IMG/VR virus record: IMGVR_UViG_3300030099_008323
Coordinates: 96,001 to 160,000 of that record
Reading direction: 5' to 3' (one strand)
DNA: 64,000 nt
Source: a virus
Part shown: piece by piece, positions 1-10,717 of the stretch
Layout: every line of letters begins with the position of its first letter
Position numbering within the stretch: position 1 is the first letter of the stretch
Notes under the pieces: model-generated
What the model was told of the DNA's origin: nothing
What the model saw: the letters and a program-made list of their open reading frames with translations, nothing else
Databases searched by the model: none
Translations under genes and position numbers: made by a program

Positions 1-3000
1 CTAACTGAAGAAGCGTTAACTTCTATTTCCGTCATTGAGCTTTTTGCTTCATCTATGGCCGTTTGAATTCCTTGTTTAACTGCTCTAAGTGCTTGCTCTA
101 CTGCTGCAATGGTCGCTTTTTGAATTGTATTTGCTATATCAATAATCGATTTTGCAATTATAATAGCCATGTCTGTGACTTCAACAAACCCTTTCAATAT
201 AAGCATTGGTGTTCTTAATATTATCTTCAAGATCTCTTTCTCTAAATCAGGATCTTGGCCGCGGGTATCACCCATATCACCTGCTAAAGCTGGATGTCCG
301 CCCGGGCCTAGAGGGTCAGGCTGATACTCAAATCTATCAGAATTAATCAGTGCTTCAAATATCTGCCTTAGCGCTGACTTTGACTGCTCTAAGATTTTTG
401 TATTGTCTGTTATAAATCTAGACAAACTATCACCAGCATATAAAAATGAAAGAGTCATGTATCGGCGAAGTGGTAACAAGTGCTCAAAAACTAATTTAAA
501 TTCAGCAGAATTCTGAAGTTCAATTAATAAATCAGAAGCAAGATCTCTATAAAACAGTTGAGAAAAATTATTAGAAAAGTGAGCTATTAATCCGTTAATA
601 CTATCTTTTTTGTCAAAATCAGTGCTCATTTCTCTCAACACTGTATCCAAGCCAAGAATTTTGTAATCAGCCACAACATTATTCTTGTCAAACTTTGAGT
701 AGAATCCTAATTGTGAGTATGGTCGAATAGGACTCTCATCAGAATCAGTATTGTATCTAAAGCCTTTTCTATCAAAAATTAATTTTCTAGACACCTCAAC
801 AATTGGTATGTGTATTTCATTCGATGGAGTTCCCGCGGCGTCTTCACCTATGTATATTTTAGATTTGTTTGTAGTATAGTCATATACTTCTCGTCGACGA
901 AGACGCTGAGATATTAAAGTTTTGCACTCGTTCAGGCCTCTCCTATTCATATGCTTACCCATGAAAGATGCAAAGTTTTTTATTCCTTCATCATTCACGG
1001 CACTGGGAGATTCTACAACGTGACTGCATGCATATGTCATACGAATCCCAATTTCTAAATTTTTAAAAAACGGTTTTAAGCCAAATCTATCAAAATATTT
1101 TTTTAATATTTCGTTATTTTCTATTTCTTTTAAAAATTTATTGTGGTAGAAGTCTGTCCATATATTTAAAGGAACATAGCCATACAAATGTGTATGCCAA
1201 GGATTAGCTCCGTAAATATTTTGTGCATCCTTAATATAATTACCTGAAGCATCAACCTCAGGTTTAACTACAGTGCCATCTGCCAAGCCCTCCCTGTAAT
1301 TTATTAATATTGGAAGATGCTCTTCTGGGTTATATTCAACAGGAGTGCCAATTGATACATCGCAAACTTGACCAGTATTTGGATCTACATACTCAACAAA
1401 CCTAAACTGATTCAAATCGTCCTGCTCAATAACTTTTACATAAGTTTGAAATATGATATTTCCTATTTGAGCATTTAAGTTATTAGACACAGTTAATTCA
1501 TGAATATTTTCTTTATCATATGGGAGTAAACCCTTGAACATGTCTGAAAAAACAACATCTCGGGCTGGCTCGCCTTCATTTTTTCCTTCGTCATAGTTTG
1601 CCCAATTTTCACTATTTATAAACTGGTCTGCTTTTATAACATACGTGCCGTCTTTTGCGGAACCCTCGGATAAAGAATTATAATCTGTTGTAGATAAATC
1701 CCCCAAAGCTTTATCATAAAATTGTCTAGTTGGCAATGAGTGGAAATAATCTTTTTGTCTATTTCTTTTCATATCTCGTCTTAAGGATGATCCTACAATG
1801 TCATCATTTATACCGAAGTTTTGATTTATGTCCGTAACCGTGTTAATATTTTTAAAGCTAAAGTTTGAATTTTTAAACGGGTGCCCATGATTAAAGCTAT
1901 AAATATTGTTGTTTAATTTAGCATCAACAATTATCTCATATCCAAAATTAAGATAAAAAGATCTTAATATTTCAGCTTCCAGTGTAATGTCTTCGTCATT
2001 AACAGATTCATATCTCGATCGGTATCTATCAACAAAATCTTCATCTGCATTAGATAACTTTGTAATATTTAGTTTTGTTGTAATTCTCTCTCCATTAATA
2101 AACATATCATCAATTATAGAAGATATTTCTCTAGACTCATTTTTAATTAAGATATCTAAAGGACTCGATTCGACCAACCTACTCCAATTGTCCTTGTAAT
2201 TTAATTTCGTTTGGTTGGTGACTATTTCTCTAGCATGCCTAGATATGAAGCTTATGTCACCAAAATCATTAATTATATTTTGTAATATTACTTTAGTCAT
2301 CAATTCATCTGAAAAAATATCTTGCATATCCATAACGTCCCACGCTATGACGCTAGCGATGCACATCTCCAAAGAATATATTTTAATAATTAATAAAACT
2401 ATACCTTGCAGTAAGGAATTTTTTACAGAATTTTCGCCCTCAGGGGAACTTTCATACACATCTCTACAAATTGATTTTTCATAATATTCCATAATATGAC
2501 TTTTAATCGCACCAATATTAAAAAAGTCAGTATCAGCTTCTTTTAGATCTTTTGACGATGTAATACCAAGGTTATTAAATATTTGCTGGCAAGCCTCATC
2601 TGCTTTTGATGTCTCTCCTCTAGCCTGCGGCGTCTTTAATATCTTATCCCATAGCTTTCTTAAGAACTTTCTTTTATTGAGTCTAGAAGTACGAAGGCGA
2701 GCAAACATCTGATTAGTATATGCAAATTGAAGAGCTGAATATCCATATGTAGCCATGTTAAATTCAATTGAAGACATAAATTCAGCCACTTGCTCAGTTG
2801 ATGGTGGTACATATTTTTGTTCAGTCTCAACACCTAGACCGAGGGCGTTTAAAACTGCGCTAGCTTGGGCTACTTGGGCTGTGTTTGTAGCACCGAGGAC
2901 TCCTTGGTGGCCACCATATTCTTTATAGTATTTCTCAAATTTGTTCCGGAGCAATCTTCCAAATACTTTTGCCTTGTAGTTCATTGTTTCTAAGCCGCGA

Positions 3001-6000
3001 AACCTTTCCTCTTGTAGGGCTTTAGTTTGTTGGTCTGATGGCGCCTGAGCTAGTAACCCTTCGGTATCTGGCGAGTTAATAATAACATCTTGTACTTTAT
3101 TAAACTCTTCGTCTATAACACTATGCATAATATCATTTATAGAGTTGTTTTCTGCGGCGGTAGGATAAAGTTCTTTTAATAAACCCTCTACATCGCTATC
3201 TATATTTTTAATAAACGAAAAATTGTAATCGATATCTGCTACATGATTATGAAATCTTGAATCAATGCTGTTAAACATTCTTGGTGGATCGTTTGAGATA
3301 AACTTTGCTTTTGCAAAATGATAATCATCTTTAAAACTATTATATATTACACTTGCGGCGCCGTTTTGATACCATATTTCTTTATTACTATCAAATGTTG
3401 ATATAGAATCACTAATCCCCTGTATCTGTCCTTCGTCTCCTAGGACAGTTAAATCACTAAATATTTCACCAATTTGTTTATTTAATTCGCTCTGATTAAC
3501 GCCGTAAACTATTTTGTTATCAATCGGCAGTGGATACCTCAAAGTATTAGGATTAAAGTTATTATAAAATGATGGCACTCTTGGCTCATATTCAGAATCT
3601 CTTTGATAATTTGATGTGTTATTGGTAGGATCCTCTTTTTTAAAATTACCATCTGGTGTAAAACCTAAATACTGAGGGAATAAATCATTGTCACCTAAGG
3701 TTTCATAAAATTTCTTGTTAACTAAATTTTCTCCCATCTCCCACGAGCCAGGGTCGTCAAACATATCTGGCTTGCGAAAATACTTAAAGAAAGTTACCGC
3801 TAAGGGAATAATTTGAGGGTGGCTATTTACATGTAGCCTAATCTTTGCATGTGTATTCGTTCTGAAACCATCAAAGTCACTATTTTTAAAAGGTGGATAA
3901 TAATCTTCGAAGATTGGTACATGTAATTCTTCTAAGGCTGAATTTAAAATGTTCTGCAGACTTTCATAATCTATGACTCCGGGAGATTCTAATATTTCTA
4001 TCATAGCGTCAATTTGTTTCTTTACACTCTTAAGTCGCTTATTCAGCTGCTTACGAACTTTGTCGCGATCGTCTTGATATGATTCGTCAGAATCGTAATC
4101 TGATCTGGGTGGAGTGTAAAAATCAATAATATCTTCAGAAATTGAAAACTGTGCGTCCTCATGGGCTCTTATCTCAGATTTTTTATCATCAAGCTCTCTT
4201 CGTTTTTTATCTTTTGCTTCATGTTCATATGAAGGTATGTCTCTAAGTTGTTGAAATAATATATGTTTTTCTTGTTCGAGTTCTTGTAGATGGTCGTTAT
4301 AATCTAAGGTTTGCTGTAGTAAATTTACACCCCCAATTGATAATTGTGTTCCAATGTCTTCAATTGCGCTTATAGAAGTCGCGCTATCTATATGCCCTAT
4401 GTCACTATTGTCCACTAGACGGCCGGTGTTTAAACATGCCGAAGAAAAAGAAGTGCCCAATAAGACATGTTCAATACTTAAGTTTTGTTCTAAATTTGGA
4501 TATATAGCTTTAATTCTTTCTTGTGTTAGCCCGGAGGCCTCAGCTAGTGTCATGTGCATAAATGCCCACGCTAGATTACCAATATAAAGAGTTGTTGTCC
4601 TAGCCATTGTCACTTCTTGATCGTAATCGCTCAGGCCGGCCTGGGCTAATTTTCTATCTATCTCTTCATCACTATAATCCTCATCTTCCCATTGATCAAT
4701 GAGATTTTCAGCTGTTTCAACTCTATCTGGATCAATTCCAAAATGAGAGCCAACCTGCACAGTATGAGGGTATGCACTTCCATCGCCAATATAATGTGGA
4801 CTTTCTGTTAGTTTTACTACTCCTGGAGATGTAGCCCTCCACACATAATCTTTATCATTTATATCATGCTTATCATCACTGTTGGGGTCATATATAGTTT
4901 GCCAAGTGATCTTTGCGCCTGTGTAATATTGTAACATCCCGTTCCAATAATTTGGGTTAGGGTTAATATCTATCAACCTATCAGTTAGCTTATATTTTTT
5001 CTTCCATATAAATTTTCTGTTTTTATTAGTGAAATCTACTGCAGTTTGCTTTGTCTCCTGATGGTTTTCCATAAAAGCTGCAAATTCTGCTTTTTTATCA
5101 GGCTTGTGGTAGTTGCTGTGGCCAGGTGAAGTTGAAAGCCCAAAAGAACCTCCAGTTTTCAAATTGTTTATTTGCCCGGAATATTGTCCGTCGTTTCTGC
5201 GGCGGCGTGGGGCGCTATCATAGGACTTTTCGTCCAGCAACATATCAACAGAATAAACAATGTTATCCAAACCGGGAGGTTTAATACTTTTTTCAAATTG
5301 CTCATAAATAACTTTATCAATATTTTCTTTTGTTTCAGTATTAGAAATTGTAGTATATTCAGAATTTTTAGAAAGAGATTCAATATAATTTTCAATAAAT
5401 GGTGCCAGACTATCATATCTGTTTTTATAAGTATTAAAAAATTCAATTGAATTTTCTGTTAGCACTCTGCTGTTTTCAAAAGGAAGATCGGAGTTGTCTA
5501 AAAGATCAGAAAGATCTATTGGTGATAACAACTCTCCAGCTAGAGGATTTGATGACTTACTAGACCAATATTTCGTACCCTCGGGAAGCTCATTAAAAAA
5601 CTCTGTCATAAGAACTGGCAACATCTGCTCTCTTCCAAATAAATTTTTTCCGCCATTTCTTATGAAATGGCCTATATTGCTATTGCCGACTTCATCTGGC
5701 CATGGAAGCTGCATATTTATTATTTTTCTGGCTAATGACACATAAGTCAAACTAGCTCCATAGCCAGCAAGCTCAGGGGCGTTAGAAATAGGATCGGCAA
5801 CTCCTAAAATAGGTACTCGCGGGGCAGATACATCATCCATTGAGTGGAAAATTAACTTTTGTACAGGGTTTTCCAATAACGCATTCTCTGGCGCTTTGAA
5901 TTGCGCTGAATTATAATGTATAAATTCATTGTAAGTCAAGCAATAGTTGGTATTTCTATATCTATTTTCTGTATCGGTTGAAGTATTTATAAAGTTAGGG

Positions 6001-9000
6001 CCAACAAAAGCGAAGCACTCAACTTTATAAGGATCTCTAGTAGCCTCTAAAAATTCTGTTTGCGCAAGCGCCATCTCATTTGGATCCGATATGGCCATTA
6101 AAGCTCTTGAGGGCAGGGAGAAGAATTTTAATGTCGACAAATCTCGAAGAAGAGTGCCTTCAACATTCATCAATATATTATCAGTAACCCTGTTCATTGT
6201 GTCTTTAATCCCCGCCGGCAAGGAAAAGGCGCCTTGAGGGCCACAAATTTCAGGTAACTTATTAGCAATTGGGTTACCTGTTGGGTATAAAAGATCTGCA
6301 ATGTCTTTTATTGTTCCACTTAAATCTTCTAACTCACGAGCAAATTGTCTCCTGGCTTGTTCATCAGACATTCCTGTATCCACAAGTTGTGTAATTCTAG
6401 CTGCGCTATTATAATCACTCTTTTGGCACAGTCCTTGTGAGGCTATTATGCGCGCGCCTTGAATAGTATCACATATGTCAATATCAATATCTTCTGATAT
6501 TCTTGTAAATATTGATTGGATAACTGCTCCGGAATCAATGCCGGCTCTATAAATACCATTGTGATTTGTAATTGTAAACTCAACACACTGGTTCAAAAGA
6601 TTAGTAGACGCCTGTGTTTTTAACAAAGCACATAGTTGATCTGTAGAGAGAGTCTCAACTATTTCAGTAAGCCACTTCAACAAATCGTTAGACCTGACTT
6701 CAGCGGGACCAACAGACTGACCTCCTCTAAAACCAGCTAGCTTACCAATGTCAGGTATCAATTGCGACGGATTGTTTCTTCCTAAAGATGAGCCTCTATC
6801 CTGTTCATCATCCTGCTCAAAGCATGTATTAAGATAGTGGGTAAGAACTGAATTTAAAATCTGACCAAGCATGGTGCCTACCGTACCCAAAAAAGTATCT
6901 AAAAGCATGTCTCCATAATCGCCCATAAAATTATTTGTGTTTAAATTATCTGAAAGATCAAGCTTTGGAGTGGGAAACCTAAACATTTTTTGTAAGTTCT
7001 CCCAATAATTTTCATAATATGAGGAATTAAACCCTTCGCCTCTTAGCAAATCTCTAGGCATATTCAATAGAGGACCTATGATAGCTTCACATATCTGCCC
7101 CAAATCTACAACTCTTTTTGCATAGGCAACCCACGCTTTAGCATCCTCAGCAAAAGCCTTAGTCGCATTAGACGTTTCAGCTGTAGCATAAACAGCTGCA
7201 TTGTTAGAATAATTAAAAGCGTCGCCTATGTCCCCTAAAGCATCAAAAGTACTGTTGATTAAAGAATCATACTGTTCTTTTTTAGGAACCAAAAAACCAT
7301 TTTGGACCATTATAGCATTTGCTTCAGCCACTGAATATCCTAATTCTTTTAGTCTCTGTCTCTCCTCTTGTATACTGCGTAAGTTATATCTTTCTAGATT
7401 TCCTTGTGCATCATATACCGGTGGCCTGATTACTCCAGGATTTAATTCAATCGCTACACCGCCTTTTTCTAAATTTTTAATGACATTAATTGCATAAGGG
7501 TCGACAACGCCAAATAATAAAGCTGCTGTCGCGAATGGTGCTCCGTCGTATGTCTCATCTAAATTTAATCCATCCTGTGAACTAAATTGAACTTCACCTG
7601 TGATAGGATCAGGTACGCCCTCAGAACGCTCTTCGCCTAAAATTTTGTCTAGATTATTGTCAATTCTATCTCTTAGACCATCTGCTGGATTAATTCCTAA
7701 AGCCATGGCTAGCGTTGGATTATAGTCGATCAATGCTTGTTTGAAGCCCATAGGATCGCTTTCAATAATTTTGACGATCACTGCCTCACATATTGCTTCA
7801 GCAGTTAGTGGCATACCAAACTTAGATTGCAAACAAGACATTAGAAGAGATAAAATACTTTGTGGATCTAAGTTGTTAAGAAACCCTCGATATAAAATCA
7901 TTAATTTTTCAAAAGCTACACTACTTGACTCCTCAAGTTCTTTTTGCCTCTCCTCAATGCTCTCTCTAGAGGACTGAGGACCAACTGCTGGAGTTGGCTT
8001 TTTAAATTGATCAAAGTAACTAGCTTGGCACTCTGGGCGACTATAAAACTGTTCTAAAATTTTTCGATCAGCTGTTGTAAGATCTGTCGACATTTCGTTA
8101 ATTTGCTTTAGTAACTCTTGACAGCTTATCATCTCTGGACTTGAGCTTTTTTTCTTAGATATATATACTCTCAATGGCGGAACAGAGTGTGTCATTAACA
8201 TCTCTATCCATGGGTCATTAATATCTTCAGTCATTGACGTCGGCGAGCTGGGGGTTTCCTCATATTTTACTAAGTGCCTAGCGTTCATTAAATAATGTAA
8301 AGTGCGTGTACCAATAACAGAAGATGTCTTAAGAATGCTTGGTGGCGAATCTCCAGATGATTCATCTGCTTCACTTTCTGATACAGCAATATCAGCTATC
8401 TCGTTTCGTAAATAACTTAAGCCTTTTCTTAAAATAACAGCTGAGCGATTTTCTCTTAAAAAACTTTCTGTTGGGCGGTCTGGAAAATAAGGGTCAAAAT
8501 CAAATAAATCAAGCTGATCATCTTCTAAGTCCCTTAGAGAATTGGGGTCTGGAGAAAATAAAACGTGTGAAACTGTTAGCCTTACATCTTCACCAACTTT
8601 GCCATTGTCTCTTAAACCAACTTGAATTATATGATCGAACTCGTCACTATCAGAGAAAGATTTAGATATTAATTCGTTTAAGCGATCTTGCTCCGTAGTA
8701 TAAGGTGACCACTGCCTCTGTAAAAAGCCTTCAAATTTTGTTCGAAGACCTTTAAAAGCCTTTATCTGCTCTTCAACTTTATACTCTAAATCATATGGAT
8801 CTGTTATTTTGTTACCGGCATCTTCAAAAGTCTGTATTTGACTTTTAAATTTTTCAAAAACTTCTATCAAATTATCTACTTGTTTTTTGAAACCATTATT
8901 TTTTGTTGTGAAATTAAAAACAAAATTGTTGCCGCTATAGAATTCAGAATTTGTCGAAAATGTATTGAAATATGGTTTTGTCGACATTGGTAGTGAGTCA

Positions 9001-10685
9001 ACATATGACGCAGGTATAGCAAAAAGAACCTGCTGCTTTCCTGTGTTGAGTCCACTAGTTTGCATCCTTGTTGAAACAGGTGCAAAATATTCGTCTCTTA
9101 GCATCTGCAAAAGATTTACTGGCACTGTAGTATTGCTAAATGGGTCTTTTCCTAGATATCTTAAAAGATCATTAAAGGTTTTATTAAGTATGGCTGGTGG
9201 TACCTCTAAGCTAGTTGCTAAGCCAATGCCTTCTGACTGTCCTTCACCAACAATAAAATAGTAATAACCCTCAGAAAATTTATGAGTTTTTTTAAATCGA
9301 CCAGCAATATATCCTTGGGGCGTCAATTTTATTTTCTTATTAAAAACTTTTTCAGACTCTAACTCATTATATTTATTAAAATTAAAGTACCCCAGCCTCA
9401 CGTCCATGGGCTTCATTTCATTTGTCCAAGTATAAGTGATTTTATCATCTGCCAAGACTTTTGAAAACTTATCACTAGTTTTTGATGCGGGGCCCTTAGT
9501 TAAATTGTTTGCCCCATAGCTTGTAATATTTGTTGTTAAATTTAATTTAATCAGAGGGTCTGGCAAGGAATTAACAGAAGCCTCGCGCTTTCTTAAATAT
9601 TCAGGCCTAGTATAAAGAATCTTTTGATAATTGTTGGTAACTTTATTAACTAGCTTACCTATTTCTGAGTCTTCGCCACTTTCTGTACCTTGGCCGGAAA
9701 AAACAGGTACAAAGCCAACCCATATACCAGTTGCACTAGAAACTATCTCAGTAACAAAGACTGTCATTCCTAAAGGAAATTCAACTCCAGATGAATAGTC
9801 AGTGTAAAGACCCGATACAGCTATCGGCTCTGCTTTGCTGTTAATTAGCTGAAAGTCAGGATCATCCCAACCACGTGGAAGTGGACTAGAGCCTTTTTGT
9901 GGGGAATAACGTACAGGAATAAAATCTTTATCTGTTTGGCCTTTGGCTTCTTGGAGTTGTGAGAATGTCTTTTTTAAAATCATTCCTATGTAATAATCAC
10001 CAACAGTTATGCCTCGTCCTAGTAAGCTAGCTTCCAGCTCAGCATCGCTCTTAATGATTGCAGTACCAGCCTCAGCAGTATTAGGTACTGATCTAATATC
10101 ACCCAATAAATTAACTTGTATGCCTAAAGTGTCAAGAAAGACAGACGCTGCACCACCTGCTATCAGCAACCCATCCAACTTATCAAATAAATCTTGCTTG
10201 GGAACTGGATCAAAATAATTTGCTATTGATCCAGTTCCATCAAAATTGTTCCAGAATGGATTTTCTTTAGCAACTAATATATCCTCCAGCAGTGTCTCTA
10301 CAAGAGGGCCTATGATGTTTTTATAGAACGAGTATTCATCAGTGCCTGGTGGATGACCAAGAGCTACAGTCTGCACAATATTTGTTATAGATCCCCTGAC
10401 AATGCTCATAACTTCCATAAAAGGATTAATTTGTGCTTTATTCGCGTCGGGAATTTGTGTATCGTCTGCATTATCTGCTAAAGACCAAACATCTGTTTTA
10501 GGGCCCCACTGTTGAGCAACTGGGCTGTCTGGATCAATATCTACCTCAACTTGCTCGCCGGCTAAAAATACCGGGATGCCCATAAAAGTTACGGATCCGG
10601 TTGAACTTACACTTAATACTTGATTAAGCTCATCAATTAATTTAGCTAATTCATCTTTAGATTTTTTTGCTTGCGCAATTGACAT
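1..10685 (-). CDS. Giant hypothetical protein, probably virion-associated (>3,560 aa, 3' end outside window)
   Basis: ATG at 10685 with GAGG RBS (MSIAQAKKSKDELAKL...). Frame was open at every point checked (about 8000, 5400, 4000, 2500, 1000, 3). The ORF track lists no ORF in this frame, consistent with no stop before the edge. No recognisable catalytic motif. Confidence 0.85.
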   Translation of the reverse strand, partial: MSIAQAKKSKDELAKLIDELNQVLSVSSTGSVTFMGIPVFLAGEQVEVDIDPDSPVAQQWGPKTDVWSLADNADDTQIPDANKAQINPFMEVMSIVRGSITNIVQTVALGHPPGTDEYSFYKNIIGPLVETLLEDILVAKENPFWNNFDGTGSIANYFDPVPKQDLFDKLDGLLIAGGAASVFLDTLGIQVNLLGDIRSVPNTAEAGTAIIKSDAELEASLLGRGITVGDYYIGMILKKTFSQLQEAKGQTDKDFIPVRYSPQKGSSPLPRGWDDPDFQLINSKAEPIAVSGLYTDYSSGVEFPLGMTVFVTEIVSSATGIWVGFVPVFSGQGTESGEDSEIGKLVNKVTNNYQKILYTRPEYLRKREASVNSLPDPLIKLNLTTNITSYGANNLTKGPASKTSDKFSKVLADDKITYTWTNEMKPMDVRLGYFNFNKYNELESEKVFNKKIKLTPQGYIAGRFKKTHKFSEGYYYFIVGEGQSEGIGLATSLEVPPAILNKTFNDLLRYLGKDPFSNTTVPVNLLQMLRDEYFAPVSTRMQTSGLNTGKQQVLFAIPASYVDSLPMSTKPYFNTFSTNSEFYSGNNFVFNFTTKNNGFKKQVDNLIEVFEKFKSQIQTFEDAGNKITDPYDLEYKVEEQIKAFKGLRTKFEGFLQRQWSPYTTEQDRLNELISKSFSDSDEFDHIIQVGLRDNGKVGEDVRLTVSHVLFSPDPNSLRDLEDDQLDLFDFDPYFPDRPTESFLRENRSAVILRKGLSYLRNEIADIAVSESEADESSGDSPPSILKTSSVIGTRTLHYLMNARHLVKYEETPSSPTSMTEDINDPWIEMLMTHSVPPLRVYISKKKSSSPEMISCQELLKQINEMSTDLTTADRKILEQFYSRPECQASYFDQFKKPTPAVGPQSSRESIEERQKELEESSSVAFEKLMILYRGFLNNLDPQSILSLLMSCLQSKFGMPLTAEAICEAVIVKIIESDPMGFKQALIDYNPTLAMALGINPADGLRDRIDNNLDKILGEERSEGVPDPITGEVQFSSQDGLNLDETYDGAPFATAALLFGVVDPYAINVIKNLEKGGVAIELNPGVIRPPVYDAQGNLERYNLRSIQEERQRLKELGYSVAEANAIMVQNGFLVPKKEQYDSLINSTFDALGDIGDAFNYSNNAAVYATAETSNATKAFAEDAKAWVAYAKRVVDLGQICEAIIGPLLNMPRDLLRGEGFNSSYYENYWENLQKMFRFPTPKLDLSDNLNTNNFMGDYGDMLLDTFLGTVGTMLGQILNSVLTHYLNTCFEQDDEQDRGSSLGRNNPSQLIPDIGKLAGFRGGQSVGPAEVRSNDLLKWLTEIVETLSTDQLCALLKTQASTNLLNQCVEFTITNHNGIYRAGIDSGAVIQSIFTRISEDIDIDICDTIQGARIIASQGLCQKSDYNSAARITQLVDTGMSDEQARRQFARELEDLSGTIKDIADLLYPTGNPIANKLPEICGPQGAFSLPAGIKDTMNRVTDNILMNVEGTLLRDLSTLKFFSLPSRALMAISDPNEMALAQTEFLEATRDPYKVECFAFVGPNFINTSTDTENRYRNTNYCLTYNEFIHYNSAQFKAPENALLENPVQKLIFHSMDDVSAPRVPILGVADPISNAPELAGYGASLTYVSLARKIINMQLPWPDEVGNSNIGHFIRNGGKNLFGREQMLPVLMTEFFNELPEGTKYWSSKSSNPLAGELLSPIDLSDLLDNSDLPFENSRVLTENSIEFFNTYKNRYDSLAPFIENYIESLSKNSEYTTISNTETKENIDKVIYEQFEKSIKPPGLDNIVYSVDMLLDEKSYDSAPRRRRNDGQYSGQINNLKTGGSFGLSTSPGHSNYHKPDKKAEFAAFMENHQETKQTAVDFTNKNRKFIWKKKYKLTDRLIDINPNPNYWNGMLQYYTGAKITWQTIYDPNSDDKHDINDKDYVWRATSPGVVKLTESPHYIGDGSAYPHTVQVGSHFGIDPDRVETAENLIDQWEDEDYSDEEIDRKLAQAGLSDYDQEVTMARTTTLYIGNLAWAFMHMTLAEASGLTQERIKAIYPNLEQNLSIEHVLLGTSFSSACLNTGRLVDNSDIGHIDSATSISAIEDIGTQLSIGGVNLLQQTLDYNDHLQELEQEKHILFQQLRDIPSYEHEAKDKKRRELDDKKSEIRAHEDAQFSISEDIIDFYTPPRSDYDSDESYQDDRDKVRKQLNKRLKSVKKQIDAMIEILESPGVIDYESLQNILNSALEELHVPIFEDYYPPFKNSDFDGFRTNTHAKIRLHVNSHPQIIPLAVTFFKYFRKPDMFDDPGSWEMGENLVNKKFYETLGDNDLFPQYLGFTPDGNFKKEDPTNNTSNYQRDSEYEPRVPSFYNNFNPNTLRYPLPIDNKIVYGVNQSELNKQIGEIFSDLTVLGDEGQIQGISDSISTFDSNKEIWYQNGAASVIYNSFKDDYHFAKAKFISNDPPRMFNSIDSRFHNHVADIDYNFSFIKNIDSDVEGLLKELYPTAAENNSINDIMHSVIDEEFNKVQDVIINSPDTEGLLAQAPSDQQTKALQEERFRGLETMNYKAKVFGRLLRNKFEKYYKEYGGHQGVLGATNTAQVAQASAVLNALGLGVETEQKYVPPSTEQVAEFMSSIEFNMATYGYSALQFAYTNQMFARLRTSRLNKRKFLRKLWDKILKTPQARGETSKADEACQQIFNNLGITSSKDLKEADTDFFNIGAIKSHIMEYYEKSICRDVYESSPEGENSVKNSLLQGIVLLIIKIYSLEMCIASVIAWDVMDMQDIFSDELMTKVILQNIINDFGDISFISRHAREIVTNQTKLNYKDNWSRLVESSPLDILIKNESREISSIIDDMFINGERITTKLNITKLSNADEDFVDRYRSRYESVNDEDITLEAEILRSFYLNFGYEIIVDAKLNNNIYSFNHGHPFKNSNFSFKNINTVTDINQNFGINDDIVGSSLRRDMKRNRQKDYFHSLPTRQFYDKALGDLSTTDYNSLSEGSAKDGTYVIKADQFINSENWANYDEGKNEGEPARDVVFSDMFKGLLPYDKENIHELTVSNNLNAQIGNIIFQTYVKVIEQDDLNQFRFVEYVDPNTGQVCDVSIGTPVEYNPEEHLPILINYREGLADGTVVKPEVDASGNYIKDAQNIYGANPWHTHLYGYVPLNIWTDFYHNKFLKEIENNEILKKYFDRFGLKPFFKNLEIGIRMTYACSHVVESPSAVNDEGIKNFASFMGKHMNRRGLNECKTLISQRLRRREVYDYTTNKSKIYIGEDAAGTPSNEIHIPIVEVSRKLIFDRKGFRYNTDSDESPIRPYSQLGFYSKFDKNNVVADYKILGLDTVLREMSTDFDKKDSINGLIAHFSNNFSQLFYRDLASDLLIELQNSAEFKLVFEHLLPLRRYMTLSFLYAGDSLSRFITDNTKILEQSKSALRQIFEALINSDRFEYQPDPLGPGGHPALAGDMGDTRGQDPDLEKEILKIILRTPMLILKGFVEVTDMAIIIAKSIIDIANTIQKATIAAVEQALRAVKQGIQTAIDEAKSSMTEIEVNASSV

Positions 10686-10717
10686 TTATTACCTCGTCAT
10701 ATTATATATTATCATAT

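Noticed and set aside
1987-10218. Short track ORFs in 1-10.7 kb (plus strand, and minus 5168-5446, 8876-9085)
   Set aside because: Antisense or alternate-frame shadows of the giant minus-strand ORF; no RBS and atypical composition.
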